Assembly (NCBI RefSeq): GCF_001447785.1
Contig: NW_015166451.1
Location: 279,030-343,029 of the forward strand
From: Gekko japonicus
Taxonomy: Eukaryota
Direction: 5' to 3'
DNA: 64,000 bases
The stretch's first letter is position 1; each line of letters starts with the position of its first letter. Below the pieces are notes generated by a model that made no database searches, was not told the origin of the DNA, and was given only the letters and a program-made list of their open reading frames with translations. Shown here piece by piece: positions 38,044 to 49,616 of the stretch. The position numbers and the translations under genes were made by a program.

Positions 38044-38722
38044 TAGAATCACAGACTCACAGAGCTGGAAGGGGCCAAACAGGCCATCTGGTCCAAACCC
38101 CTGCTCAATGCAGGATCAGCCTAGAGCAGTGATGGTGAACCTTTTAGAGACCGAGTGCCCAAACTGTGACCCAAAACCCACTTATTTATCGCAAAGTGCC
38201 AACACGGCAATTTAACCTGAATACTGAGGTTTTTACTTTAGAAAAAACAATCCATACATTAACTTAAGATGATCCAAACATAGTGAGGAAAGCAATCCCA
38301 AATGCTTTAATTTACTTAACATTATTTGGCAGAGAATTCAACACTTTAATAATGGTCTGGGCCTGGTTGGGGCGATGGCACGCTTGCCCACAGAGAGGGC
38401 TCTGAGTGCCACCTCTGGCACCCATGCCATAGGTTCGCCACCACTGGCCTAAAGCATCCCTGACAAGTGTTTCTCCAGCTGCTGCTTAAAAGACTGCCAG
38501 TAAGGGGGAGCTCACAACCTCCCTAGGCAGCTGATTCCACTGCTGCACAACTCTTACTGTAAAAAAGGTTTTCCTAATATCCAGCCAGTACTTTCCCACC
38601 CTTAACTGAAACCCATTATTGCGAGTCCTATCCCCTGCTGCCAACAGGAACAGCTCCCTTCCATTCTCTGAAAGCCCTTCAAATACATAAAGAGAGCAAT
38701 CATGTCCCCCCTCAACCTCCTC
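38044..38722 (-). mobile_element. CR1 LINE 3' fragment, interrupted by a hAT element
   Basis: Minus-strand CR1 ORF2 C-terminus (RTRNNGFQLRVGKYWLDIRKTFFTVRVVQQWNQLPREVVSSP). Confidence 0.9.
38127..38446 (+). mobile_element. Non-autonomous hAT element (CAGTGATGGCGAACCT TIR; hAT1/OC1-type)
   Basis: cagtgatggtgaacct / aggttcgccaccactg with TSD gcctagag/gcctaaag. Confidence 0.9.
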
Positions 38723-39083
38723 ACGGGGCTTGGTCTTTCCCCCCCACAATTGGCAAGATCAGATAATTTTACACAATCAATATATGAGGCTGGTCACTGG
38801 CTCCATAGTTTAGGTTGCAACAGTGAAGAGTAGCAAAGGAAGAAAACTTTACAAGACTCAAATATCTGATACTTTTAAAAAGTGTCACAAATTTTAGATG
38901 GCTCTTCTTTTGCAGACCTCATTGAGCATCCATTTTGGCTATTCTGTTTTGATTTTTCTCCTTTGCACAGATCTACCTCAGAGTAAGAATTATTGGAGTC
39001 CATTACAAGAACTGCTGTTACCTCACATCTGGAATTTCCCTTTTGCCAATACAGTTTCAATGGCTTTTAGTCTGAGAGATGTT

Positions 39084-39613
39084 GGCCCCGTTCACACGGA
39101 GCAGAAGCCACGCTAAATAGACGGAAGAGAGGCGGAGTTACCTGGCACGATCACACGGCAACATCTGGGGAGCGTAGAGCTCCCGTGGTTGAACTGTGGC
39201 GAACCGCCGATAAAACGGAGCAAAAAACTAGTACCTCGGAGGTACTAGTTTCCGGAAACTGCGGGGCAAGGGCGGGCGTCTGATCACATTTCCGGTGGCA
39301 TCCGGCGTTCGCCCATGTCCCCTTGCGAAGAAGGTTTTTTTCCCCCCCAAGTCTTCGTGGTTGCGCACACGCACCCAACGGAGCATGCTCATTCGTAGTG
39401 TACACAAAAAAGAAACCCAGTTCGCCGCGCCGCGCGCTTCTTCGTTGCGCGCAGGCATGTGTTGTGATCGACGCCTCTCCGTAACCACGGAAGCTCCACG
39501 GTACCTCCACAGAACCTCCACAGGAGGTATGATCACTTTACTGCGTGTTAGTTTGCCCCGGGGCAAACAGCCACACTTCTCCCCCGCAGTTTCCTGCGCG
39601 TGTGACCGGGGCC
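39084..39613. mobile_element. CpG-rich MITE, PIF/Harbinger-like
   Basis: TIR ggccccgttcacacg / cgtgtgaccggggcc with a 3-bp flanking duplication gtt. Confidence 0.75.
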
Positions 39614-40364
39614 GTTTTAAAGCAGAAAACTTTACATTTTTCAGGTGCTTCTTTTCAGTGTGTGAAATCCTGGATGTAAGCCAAAAAAGATACCATCAAT
39701 GTTCTTTTTTTCATCAGACAGCTTATGATACAGTAATAAAATGTGGGGAAGACAAAAACCAGAAGCCTAAAACCAAAGCTTGTTCACTTACAAGTCTAAA
39801 ACAGTCATTTACTCATCTTCAAATATATGTGATTATATAGAGGTATAACCTTTCTGTTTCCATATATATGGGCACTTGTTTTATACGATCACAGACACAC
39901 TTTTGCTAACTGTAAACCAATCTCTCTTTCACCTGTCTACCACCTAACAAAGAGAATGACAATAATGCTCCTTTGGAAAAAGGGGAGAGATAAAAGTAAG
40001 AACTCTTTTACAAATGCCAAATGCCTCACGTTAGTGGAAGGGTCTTATGCTAGGAATGTGAAAGCACCAATAGAGTGAAATGGCTGGCTCAAATGTAAAT
40101 AAATCTACACCATATTGCCGCAAGCAATTACATAAAATATTTCAGATGTACTGATACAATGATGCCTTTCATCTTTCTTAGATACAATTCTGACTGGCAT
40201 CCTAAACGAAACTGAGACAGACTCAGCTGCCCCTAAGTGCGGGTTCAACAGGCTTGCTAGCAACAAAGAGCCTGGCCATGGGAGAAACTGTGACCTGCTG
40301 AGGCACCAATTCTGAGCCCAATTTGCAACACATTCCCGTAGCCCACCAACTCAGCAATGACCGA

Positions 40365-40717
40365 ACTCTAAATAAGTGGGTTCTAGATCAAATCAAGTGA
40401 ACTCTAAATTAGTGGGTTCTAGATCATATCAAGCCTGAACTCTCCCAAGAAGCTCAAATGACCAGACTGAGACTACTGCACTTTGGTCAAACGATGAGAA
40501 GACAAAAGTCATGGGAAAAGACTATCATGCTAGGAAAAGTTGAAAGCAGTGGGAAAAGAAGAAGACCCAACACGAGATGGATTGTCTCAATCAACGAAGC
40601 CGTGGCCCTCAGTTTGCAAGACCTGAGCAAAGCTGTTAACGATAGGATGTTTCGGAGGTCTTTAACTCATAGGGTCGCCATAGGTTGGAAATGACTTGAT
40701 GGCCCTTAACACACACA
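40365..40717 (+). mobile_element. Degenerate RTE/BovB-related 3' fragment
   Basis: RLRLLHFGQTMRR..WEKTIMLGKVE..RRRPNTRWI; includes a ~36-bp local duplication. Confidence 0.8.
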
Positions 40718-41599
40718 AAGCTACCCTCTAATCAATGCCCAGTCACCCAAATCTGCGCAAGCTTTTGAGTTTCCCAGAACTCTTCATCAGCCTGTACGGT
40801 CAATATAATGAAGGAGGAGGGAGAGAACCTATAGTTTCAGGGCATGGTGGAATTATTACCATGCCTGCAGTTTCTAGAGCAGGGGTGTCAAACTCATTTG
40901 TTATGAGGGCCAGATCTGACAGAAATGCTACTTTGTTGGGACAGGCCATTTATGCCATAATATACTAGGTACCAGAGATATAAACTTTGTAAGTGACACA
41001 GGCAAACCCTGAGAGGTGGCCAGACTGGTCAACTGGCCCCGGATGACAGGGTCCTGTCTTAGGAGGAGGGGGATCTGAATCAAGCTCTTCCGGATCCCCC
41101 CCACCCCAGTTCTCATCTCTCTTGCGTCTCCCAGAGAAACGGTGGAGTTGAGGGAAGAGGAAGACCTGACAGAGAGGCCGTTTCCGATACCTCAAGGGGG
41201 TGCTTTTTGACTTCCGGCAACCACTTTTCCTCACAGGCTGCAAACAGGTGGGGGGGGGGGAGAAGCGAGGTTGCCATTCCCCACCCACCCCAACACTCAC
41301 TCTGCCTCCCGATTCTGTGACTGTTCAGACGCACCGTGGCATCAGTGCCCCTTTTCCCCTTTGCTCCTCCACCCACTTCCGAGGCTGGGAGGTATATTCC
41401 CCTCAGAGCAGCATGCACAAGACAGCCCAGTTGCCTCCCAAGCCACATGTTGGCCCTCCTCCTCCTCCTCCCTTCCCCACTGCCCCCGTCCGTCAGCTAA
41501 CTGCTGCTCTATGTGCCTGCTCTTGGTTGCCATTTGAAAAATGCGAAGCCAGTTGGTTGCAGTGCTGGCAGCACTGGCCACTCTCAACGCCAAACTGGA

Positions 41600-42300
41600 C
41601 AGTGTTCAAAAACAACTGAATCAAATGGATAAAAAAACCTCAGTAACTGAGAAAACATTGAAAAAAATGGAAAAACAGACAGAGTATCAACAAGAGAGTA
41701 GATGAAGCAGAGAAAGAAAGATCCTCCGATAAAACACAATTAATACAGCTCCAGCTGGAAAGATCTACATATGTTTTATGCTTCCATGGGATCCCTGAAG
41801 AGAAGAACAAGGACTTAAAAGAACTTTTGGCGGAGGCCTTGGCTCCATTAATGGATTACAAATAGGAAGACCTATTGAAAGAGATGGATGTAGCCTACAG
41901 GACCAGATTTTATAAAGAAAAATAAACTCCCAGGGGAAACCTATTTAAAATTCACAAAATGATCTACCAGAGAACTGGTGTTAAAATTTACAATGGGGGA
42001 ACCCTTAAAAATTAAGAATGAAGAGATAAAAATACTAAAAGACATTCCCTTTGAAGTCAGAAAACAGAGGAAAGTATACAGGATGCTTACTCTCACTCTG
42101 TAAAAAAGGGGGGGGGAGTACCATACAGATGGTTATTCCCAGAAGAACTGAGCTTCAGTTATCTGGATAAAAAAATACAAAATTGATTCTTTTCGAAAAG
42201 CGGAAAAATTTATGGACCAAATGTTCAACTCAAAATATAAGAAGAAAGAAAAGAACTCAAAACCAGATCAGGAGGAGGAGGAAGAATCCTACTCACAGGA
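41600..42300 (+). mobile_element. Degenerate L1-clade ORF1 remnant
   Basis: A-rich coiled-coil-like region, then ...FHGIPEEKNKDLKELLAEAL..., KILKDIPFEVRKQR, YRWLFPEEL, with frameshifts. Confidence 0.6.
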
Positions 42301-42325
42301 TTCAAAAAGCACTACTTCCACATTA

Positions 42326-42600
42326 GAGCCAGTTTGGTGTAGTGGTTAAGTGTGCGGACTCTAATCTGGGAGAACTGGGTTTGATTCCCCACTCCTCCAC
42401 TTGCACCAGCTGATGTGACCTTGGGTCAGTCACAAGCTCTGGCACAGCTGTCCTCGAAAAAGAGCAGTTTGTGTCAGCCCCACCCACCTCACAGGGTGTC
42501 TGTTGTGGGGAGGGGAAGGGAAAGGAGTTTGTAAGCCGCTCTGAGACTCCAAATGAAGGGTGGGGTATAAATCCAATCTCTTCTCTTCTTCTTCTTCTTC
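42326..42600 (+). mobile_element. Full-length Squam3-like SINE
   Basis: agagccagtttggtgtagtggttaag head and (ttc)n tail. Confidence 0.9.
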
Positions 42601-44189
42601 AAAATTGTTAGATAGTGCTTCACAATCCAAAGCTGTGTGCAGAATTCCTAGTATAATGCTATGGGATTTTATTTTATATTATAACAGAGTGATGCATCTC
42701 AGCTGTTCACTTCCATTTCTTTGTTTTTTGGCAATGGTGATGGGAATGAGCAAACGATGCACAATAGAGGCAAGAAAGTCCAACTCCTTGCAGTCGTGGC
42801 TATTCTGGTGGTCAAATGGGAAATCCATGGAGAACTCTTTGACTCCATGGTTTACAAATTGCCTATTCCCCTCGTAAAATGCTATAAAAATGGCAAGAGC
42901 CAAAAACGCACTCCATTAAACATTAAACAGTTTCTGAGAAATGTGGACAAGCTCTGTAGGAAGGAACTAATAAAACTGCCAGACAGACATCTCTAAAGAG
43001 AAAAAATGTAAAGATACAATGGCAAAGATTTAAAATGATGATCTATAAATTCACCCACATATTATATGCTATAGCTGGAAAGTCAGAAAATTGGATGCTC
43101 TAATTTGTTAAACATTCAATGAGAAATCTGGACAACTCATAACCATTTGAGAAGATCCTGTTAGAGCAAGATGAATTCAAGGGGAAGATCTGGTTCGAAA
43201 AGTAAATTGAAGCCCTGTTTTGATTCCAGGAGACGGATGATGCTAGAAAAATAACGATGTCATTTTCACAAAGATTATTTTGTAGTCTCGTGTAAAAAGC
43301 CAAAGAAACCCCAGTTATTAAGTTCTATAGAGCACCACTATCAACACCAACAGGATGATGGATTAAAATACTGCTCTTAAAAAAAACAACCCAAACAAAT
43401 GAACACAACTCCAATAAATATGGAGACAAAGTTCACAATGAGCCTGGCTGCCAAATCACGCATCCAGTAAGATCTCTGTTACCATACTCCACTGCACTGA
43501 AGGAGGGGGGGACGGGGCTATAAAAGGAAATGAAGACTAGGATCCATGTTGGATTGCTGACATTAGTCTACAACCCTATTTTAATAACCAAAAAAGTATT
43601 ATAGTCAGCTCTCCGAAACACTGTTAAAGATGGGCAACAATATAAACATCATTGAAATCAAACTACTCAATAATACTATCTGTGATGCCATGATAGAATC
43701 ATGAAAATATATTGGCAGGTGCCCTTATAAGTCATAAGCACCCAAACCATCATTAAAATGGATAGCATTTGGCCTGTATTTCTTAGGTCAAATGATGGAA
43801 AACAGCTTGTGGAAACAGTTGATGAAACAGATGTTTTCTCTCCCTTTTCCTTCTCCAGTGAGTCTAGAAAATTCTCTAAGGTATCACAAAATATATCGCA
43901 GAATGGGAAGATCCAGTGAGTGGGAGCGGGGAACTGGGTGAAAATGCCGCCTTCTCCCCACTGTTGCATCCTACTAAAGGTAGAGGAAGGTGCAGAAAGC
44001 TCACAGAAGCTCATGGAGTGTATCTTTACTCAAGATCTAACCCCCCTTTCTGCAGCTGTGTTTACTGTATTATTGGATGAACTGTGGATTTTCAAAAAAA
44101 ATATCTGGATACACTTTTACGATTCTAATATACTCCATTTTTGAGAACTGTTTTCTGAACAGCAGAAAAGAACAAGCACCTTAAAGATG

Positions 44190-44705
44190 AACAAAATTCT
44201 TGCACCCCCTCAATATGCTTCACAATTTTTGTTAGTTTTTTTGTTGACATTTATTTTCAGTCCCGCTACTTGACCATATTCTTGAATCCTTTCTTTTAGT
44301 TTAACGGCTACTTCCATCGGTTGTTCCATAATAAATGCAATATCATCCGCAAAAGCTAATAATTTGTATTTGTTTCCTTTCAATTTTAGTCCAATAATCT
44401 CTTTATCCCTTCTTATTACATTGTTTAATACCTCTAAGGCTAGGATAAATATAAGAGGTGATAAAGGGCAGCCTTGTCTAGTCCCCCCTTTTGAATCTTA
44501 ACATTATTTGTCAATTCGCCATTCACCATTACTCTTGCTCTTTGTTCATTATATATAGCTTGAATCATCTTAATAGTTTTCACCTGCTTCCACCATTCTC
44601 AATGTCTCTATAATAAATGGCCAAGTAACGTTGTCATCAAACGCTTTCTCTGCATCCAAAAATACCAGGGCCAGTTGCTTACCATGATGTATTTCGTAAT
44701 ATTTT
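44190..44705 (-). mobile_element. L1-clade ORF2 reverse transcriptase fragment
   Basis: Minus strand reads LVFLDAEKAFD..., GTRQGCPLSPLIFILALE, YKLLAFADDI. Confidence 0.9.
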
Positions 44706-44756
44706 GTTAGTTTTTAAGTTGCCACTGGACTCTTGCTCTCTCCTGCTGCTATAGAC

Positions 44757-44850
44757 ACAGCTACCCATCTTGGTTTCTGAACAGTGGCTTACAAATTCTT
44801 AAACAGCTACCCATCTTGTTTTCTGAACAGTGGCTTACAAATTCTTAAAC
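44757..44850. repeat. 46-bp tandem duplication
   Basis: acagctacccatcttg(g/t)tttctgaacagtggcttacaaattcttaa occurs twice. Confidence 0.9.
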
Positions 44851-45988
44851 ACACTGTACCTAAAGCGCAAACTCCATGATAAATTCAGAATATGCATCTG
44901 ACAACCCCAGTATCATTCAGGCTTAGGAAGAGGCAACTGGGATGGTGTGGCAAGGGAAGCAAGCACACAGGCTTAAAGCCTGGCCATAATTTTACTGCGT
45001 GTAGAGGAGATAGCAATGCAGCGGAGGAAGTAACAGCCCCTTAATAGCAGCATGTAAGAACATGTGCTTCTCCTCTAAAAATATACCCATAAAATTAAAA
45101 AGATCAATCAACCCAACGATTTCTTGTCTATTAAAATGCATTTGCCATATTTAGGTAACTACTACTTTGATTCATTTTGTCATCAGTAGACAAGCACTCC
45201 CTATTGATTTTCAAAGCTGTGCAAGCGCCACGTTAATCAAAAGGACAAATTCCCACTGATTAGCTGTGTCTGTTAGCTCTGGTACATACCACTGAAGAGT
45301 AATAAAAGAGCTGAGGATGAGAGGGGCTGGGAGACAGCTGGAAGAATAAGGAAAGGGATGTGGGTTTAGGCAGAAAGCTTGTCTAGGCGAGAAGGCAGGA
45401 GGAAAAATTATTTGGATTTTCACCCAGGATTTTAAAAAAACCCTATTCACTGTAAGGACTATAATGAAGGATCTGTGCAGTTTCTACTTATATATATATA
45501 TATAAAAAGCTGGAAGGGAAAGGGTGGGTGGAATTGAAGGAAGATTAGTCTAGCTTTCCACTTGTAAAAACTATACTCTAAGCTACATTTACTTGCACGC
45601 TAAGTTTGATAGACCTTAGTTCCAAGCATCCCATTTCTGGATTTCTTCCACAAAACTATTCTATTTCTAAAACACAGTTGTAGAGTCGTATGGCTGTGTT
45701 TTTCAAATGGAGACTGCAATGATTCCATCACAGAATAAAAAAAACCCCTTCATCCTATGTTGCCTGCCTGCACAATCCCTCTCCCAACACAGCAGCAAAT
45801 AACATTTAAAGGAGAGTGACAAGAGAACTGAGCCAGTGTGCCCACCAGGCAAATGAGGTATCAACTAGTCCTCCACCCCCAGATTTGCGTGCATGAAAGT
45901 CTTCCACACTTAAGACAAAATTCACAGTGCAAAACTTCGCAGATAACATACCCAATTATGACAGCTGCAATCTTTATTTCACTTCCTT

Positions 45989-46360
45989 CAAATTCAGATT
46001 TGAAAATGTAGGCTCCATTTTGCATTCTAGGCAGTTACAGAGCACTTTCTGTCCCCTCCCTTCTGGCCGTTTCCTCTTCAGCCCCCACGGCTTTCACCCC
46101 CTTTCCCTTGCCCAGCTGATCTTGTCCTTGCTTTCAGCAGCTTCGTCTCTGCCTTCTTCCTCCAAATTCAGGTTTGAAAACGTAGGCTCCATTTTGCATT
46201 CTAGGCCAAATGCCATTTTTAAAAGGTCTGCTGCAGTTACAGAGCACTTTCTGTCCCCTCCCTTCTGACCCTTTCCTCTTCAGCCCCCACGGCTTTCACC
46301 CCCTTTCCCTTGCCCAGCTGATCTTGTCCTTGCTTTCAGTAGCTTCGTCTCTGCCTTCCT
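45989..46360. repeat. Tandem duplication (174-bp first copy; second copy with a ~27-bp insert)
   Basis: caaattcag(a/g)tttgaaaa.. starts at 45989 and again at 46163. Confidence 0.9.
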
Positions 46361-46791
46361 CCTACAACCTGCTTTGCTTAGTAAACATTCTGGGAACTTG
46401 CCAGGTACACGAGATTGATCTGGAATGGTGTGTTTAAATCCCATTCTTAAAACCAGTGTTTTAGAGCAAGAGGATTCCCCAAGTGTTTCATAAGTGACCA
46501 TATCAAGTTGGAGGCTACTGGATGCTACAAGACCTTTTTGAACAATTATGCTAGCAGCGGGTTGGGGAAGTGGGAGGAATTGGTCTGCTAGCTACTATTA
46601 TGATATAAATGACAGCCAGTGGGGTACAGCAGTTGAAGTGTCGGGAAAGGATCTGACAGAGCCAGGTTCAAATCCCTACTCTTCCATGGAAGCTGCTGGA
46701 TGACCTTGGGCACATTCTTAGCCTAACCCACCTCATAGAGCTGTAAGGATAAAATGAAGGAGAAGAGAATGATGTAAACTGTTTTGGATCC

Positions 46792-47514
46792 TGTCCAGCC
46801 ACAGGCATGGCTGGCCCTTACTCCAACACCCCTGACACCACCACAAACCCAACAATCCCTCCAGGCCCCGCAGTGACTGCATCAATTTCCCAGGGCCCCA
46901 ACGCAGCCAGGCCGGGTTCTCCACAGAGCAGGGGAGAGATGCAAGGAGCCCTGGGTCCCACCCCGTGCCATCATCCAGCCCAGGGCCCTGAAAGCTGAAG
47001 TGGCCAGGAGTTGCACTGGGCAGGCCAAAGGCCACCAGGCCACAGAATGGCTGGCTGGCTGACACAACCAGCATGCACAGCAGGGTGAGGCCCCATCTGA
47101 GAAGGGAGCAAGGCACAACACATGCAGCAGGGCCTGAAACAGCAAGTGCCAGTGCAGATGGGTGGGGCTCACAGAAAGGAAGGCGATGGGGGCTTAAATG
47201 GGGAGGCAGGGCCAGAGGGCCAGTAGAGGGGTGGAGGCAAAAATGAGGGGGAGGGCTATAAAAGGGGGAAGCAGACGGCAGGTTATGGAAGAAGTGGCCA
47301 GACTGCTGGGCAGAGCAGGAGAGAGAAAGAAAGTGCTCCAGAGCCCAGCAGGTTGAGTGAGATGACTCACCACAGCCGGACCTGCTATTCTGAGACCTAG
47401 CCAACTGTAGTCTCAAGCCCTCCCGTCAGAGAAGACGAAAGCGGGAGGCGCCCCTGGGCTCCTGTGCTACCTCATCAGGGCAAGACCATCAAGGGGTGGA
47501 GGTGGAGTGTGATA
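46792..47514 (+). mobile_element. Solo LTR (Gypsy-like) inserted in an old SINE
   Basis: Begins tgtc, ends gtgata (decayed gtgaca); 5-bp TSD gatcc (46787-46791, 47515-47519); tataaaagggg at about 47258. Confidence 0.75.
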
Positions 47515-49616
47515 GATCCCCCACTGTGAAGCAAATACATATATTCAGCTTCCACACAGAAACACCAGATAGCCTTTTGAAAACGGGCATGAATGGAAAC
47601 CTGTATCTGATGTGGTGAGTTTTCACCTTTAAAAGCTCATACCTCAAGAAATCTTGTGCTACAGAACTAAATCCTGTTTCTCAATCATAGCCCATCTTCT
47701 CCCCGCCCACACACACACTTCCAACAAGATTCCTGTTCCTCAGGGGTCTTGTTATCTCAATGCTGAACTCCAAGTATGATGTCCTCCAAACAAACACCAT
47801 ACATAATACCAACATGAAATGTCCAAGTATATGCATAACACCATTCTACCTTTTGCAGATTCACTGTCCAAAACATTTTTACAATTTATAATTTACTTTA
47901 CATTGTTCTTATTGAAATTCTTCTGAAGTCTGGTCACCAGAACACAACCCAGAGTAAATATTAGCAAGGAAATACTCTGGTGTGTCATTCTTAGACATGC
48001 TAAGGTTATGCTGCCCTCTAGTGTTTGGCTGTGAACACGTGTCGCTGAAGGAAAAAAATAAAACAAAAACAGTTTGCCACGTGGGGCAGTTTTCCATCTT
48101 CTTAGCACTGTATTTGCTCCTGATAAGCATCATTTGGACTGTCATGATAAAACTGTTGCTGCATGACTTTAATCACAAGCATACTTAACTCTGCTACTGT
48201 TAGTAGTAGCTCACCTAAAAAGCCACCAGTACACCAGGCACCGGATAACTTTATGAGCAAAGTCTGTTTCAACAGGATACAACAGATACATTTGTCCTTT
48301 TGTACAAGAGTGCTTCAACTCAAGACCAAAACATCAGGCAGAGCAGCTCTAAGGTACAGTCAGCATATATACAGCTCCTGATGCCATGGTACACTTGTCT
48401 GTCTAATCATCTAGGGAGCTAGCACAGTATAGTTTGGAAGAAGAGGCAAGAACATAAATTGGTTTTGAGGAGGAGGAGGACAACAGGTGTTATTACAGAT
48501 GTAAGACCCTGAGTCAGTGAAGTAGTCTTGTACTGAGTTAAACTTAAAGCAGCCTACTCTGACTGGTGGGGAGTGAAAACTCCTTACTGGGATCACTTAT
48601 GAGCTGGTTGTGGCTTAACAGCACATACAAACTTACAGTGACTGGTTACAGCTCTCTAGGGTCCCAGGAAGATCTACTCCAGCCTTCCTTAAAATTTTTT
48701 TTGATTTTGTACAGTTTTAAGAAAAATAATTGAAGAGTCATAAAAGGGCATGGTATTTTTGCAGTGACCTTCCTAGGAAGATCAGTTTTAGCCACTATCA
48801 TTTCTGCCTTTCCTGTAGCAGATCTATTCTTGCAGGGTTTTCTTTAAATTATGTTTGTTACCCTTTCTGGCTCAACCCAGAAATTGCTCTAATTTTAGGT
48901 GTATTGTTTTTAAAGTTGTGCTTTTATATTGCTTATACGCATCTCTTTTGTAGAAAAAACTGATGCACTGGAAAAGGAAGAGATAATGGGTGATGAGCAA
49001 GCTGGCATCAGAAAGGGTCACTCTTGTGTGGACCACTGCTTTATGCTGGCCTCACTGATAAGCAAATATGTGTTACACAAAGTCTTGTGTGTTTGACATA
49101 GGTGTGAATATGTCAGGGTTACATAGTCACCCAGCCACACAGTTCCAGCTTTGAGAAATACAATGTACCTAGTGCCCCCCCTTCCTTCCTAATTCATTGA
49201 AGCGACAGCAGTGGGAAGTTTCCAAAACAGGCATAGTTATTAGTTGTCCGCCTATACTAGTTGAAGGGTTGTCTTGAGTTAGACCTAGGGAAAGGGTATG
49301 AGGCTGATTTCATTCAATGCTAGTTGCAGGGGGGAAAAACACAGCACAACAGTTATTGTTGGAACTTCTATTTCAACTCTAACAGAGCAAATTCCTTGAG
49401 TGCATAAAAATACAGAAGACTAGCTGGCACTAGGAATGGGAGCTGACTTGCATTGCCACGTTTCCCGAAATCAAGGTGAAGCATAGGAAACCTGTGAAGA
49501 TAGACACCATTCTGGGATCTGTGATGCCGTTGCTTCCTATCTGCTTTGCTTTCTTTACCAGTCCTTTTAGAGCAAGTCCCCCCCCAACATAGCGTTTCTA
49601 ATGTAAGTGTCCTTTC

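Noticed and set aside
42326-42400. tRNA gene
   Set aside because: tRNA-derived SINE head with A/B boxes but no intact cloverleaf; many copies in the window.
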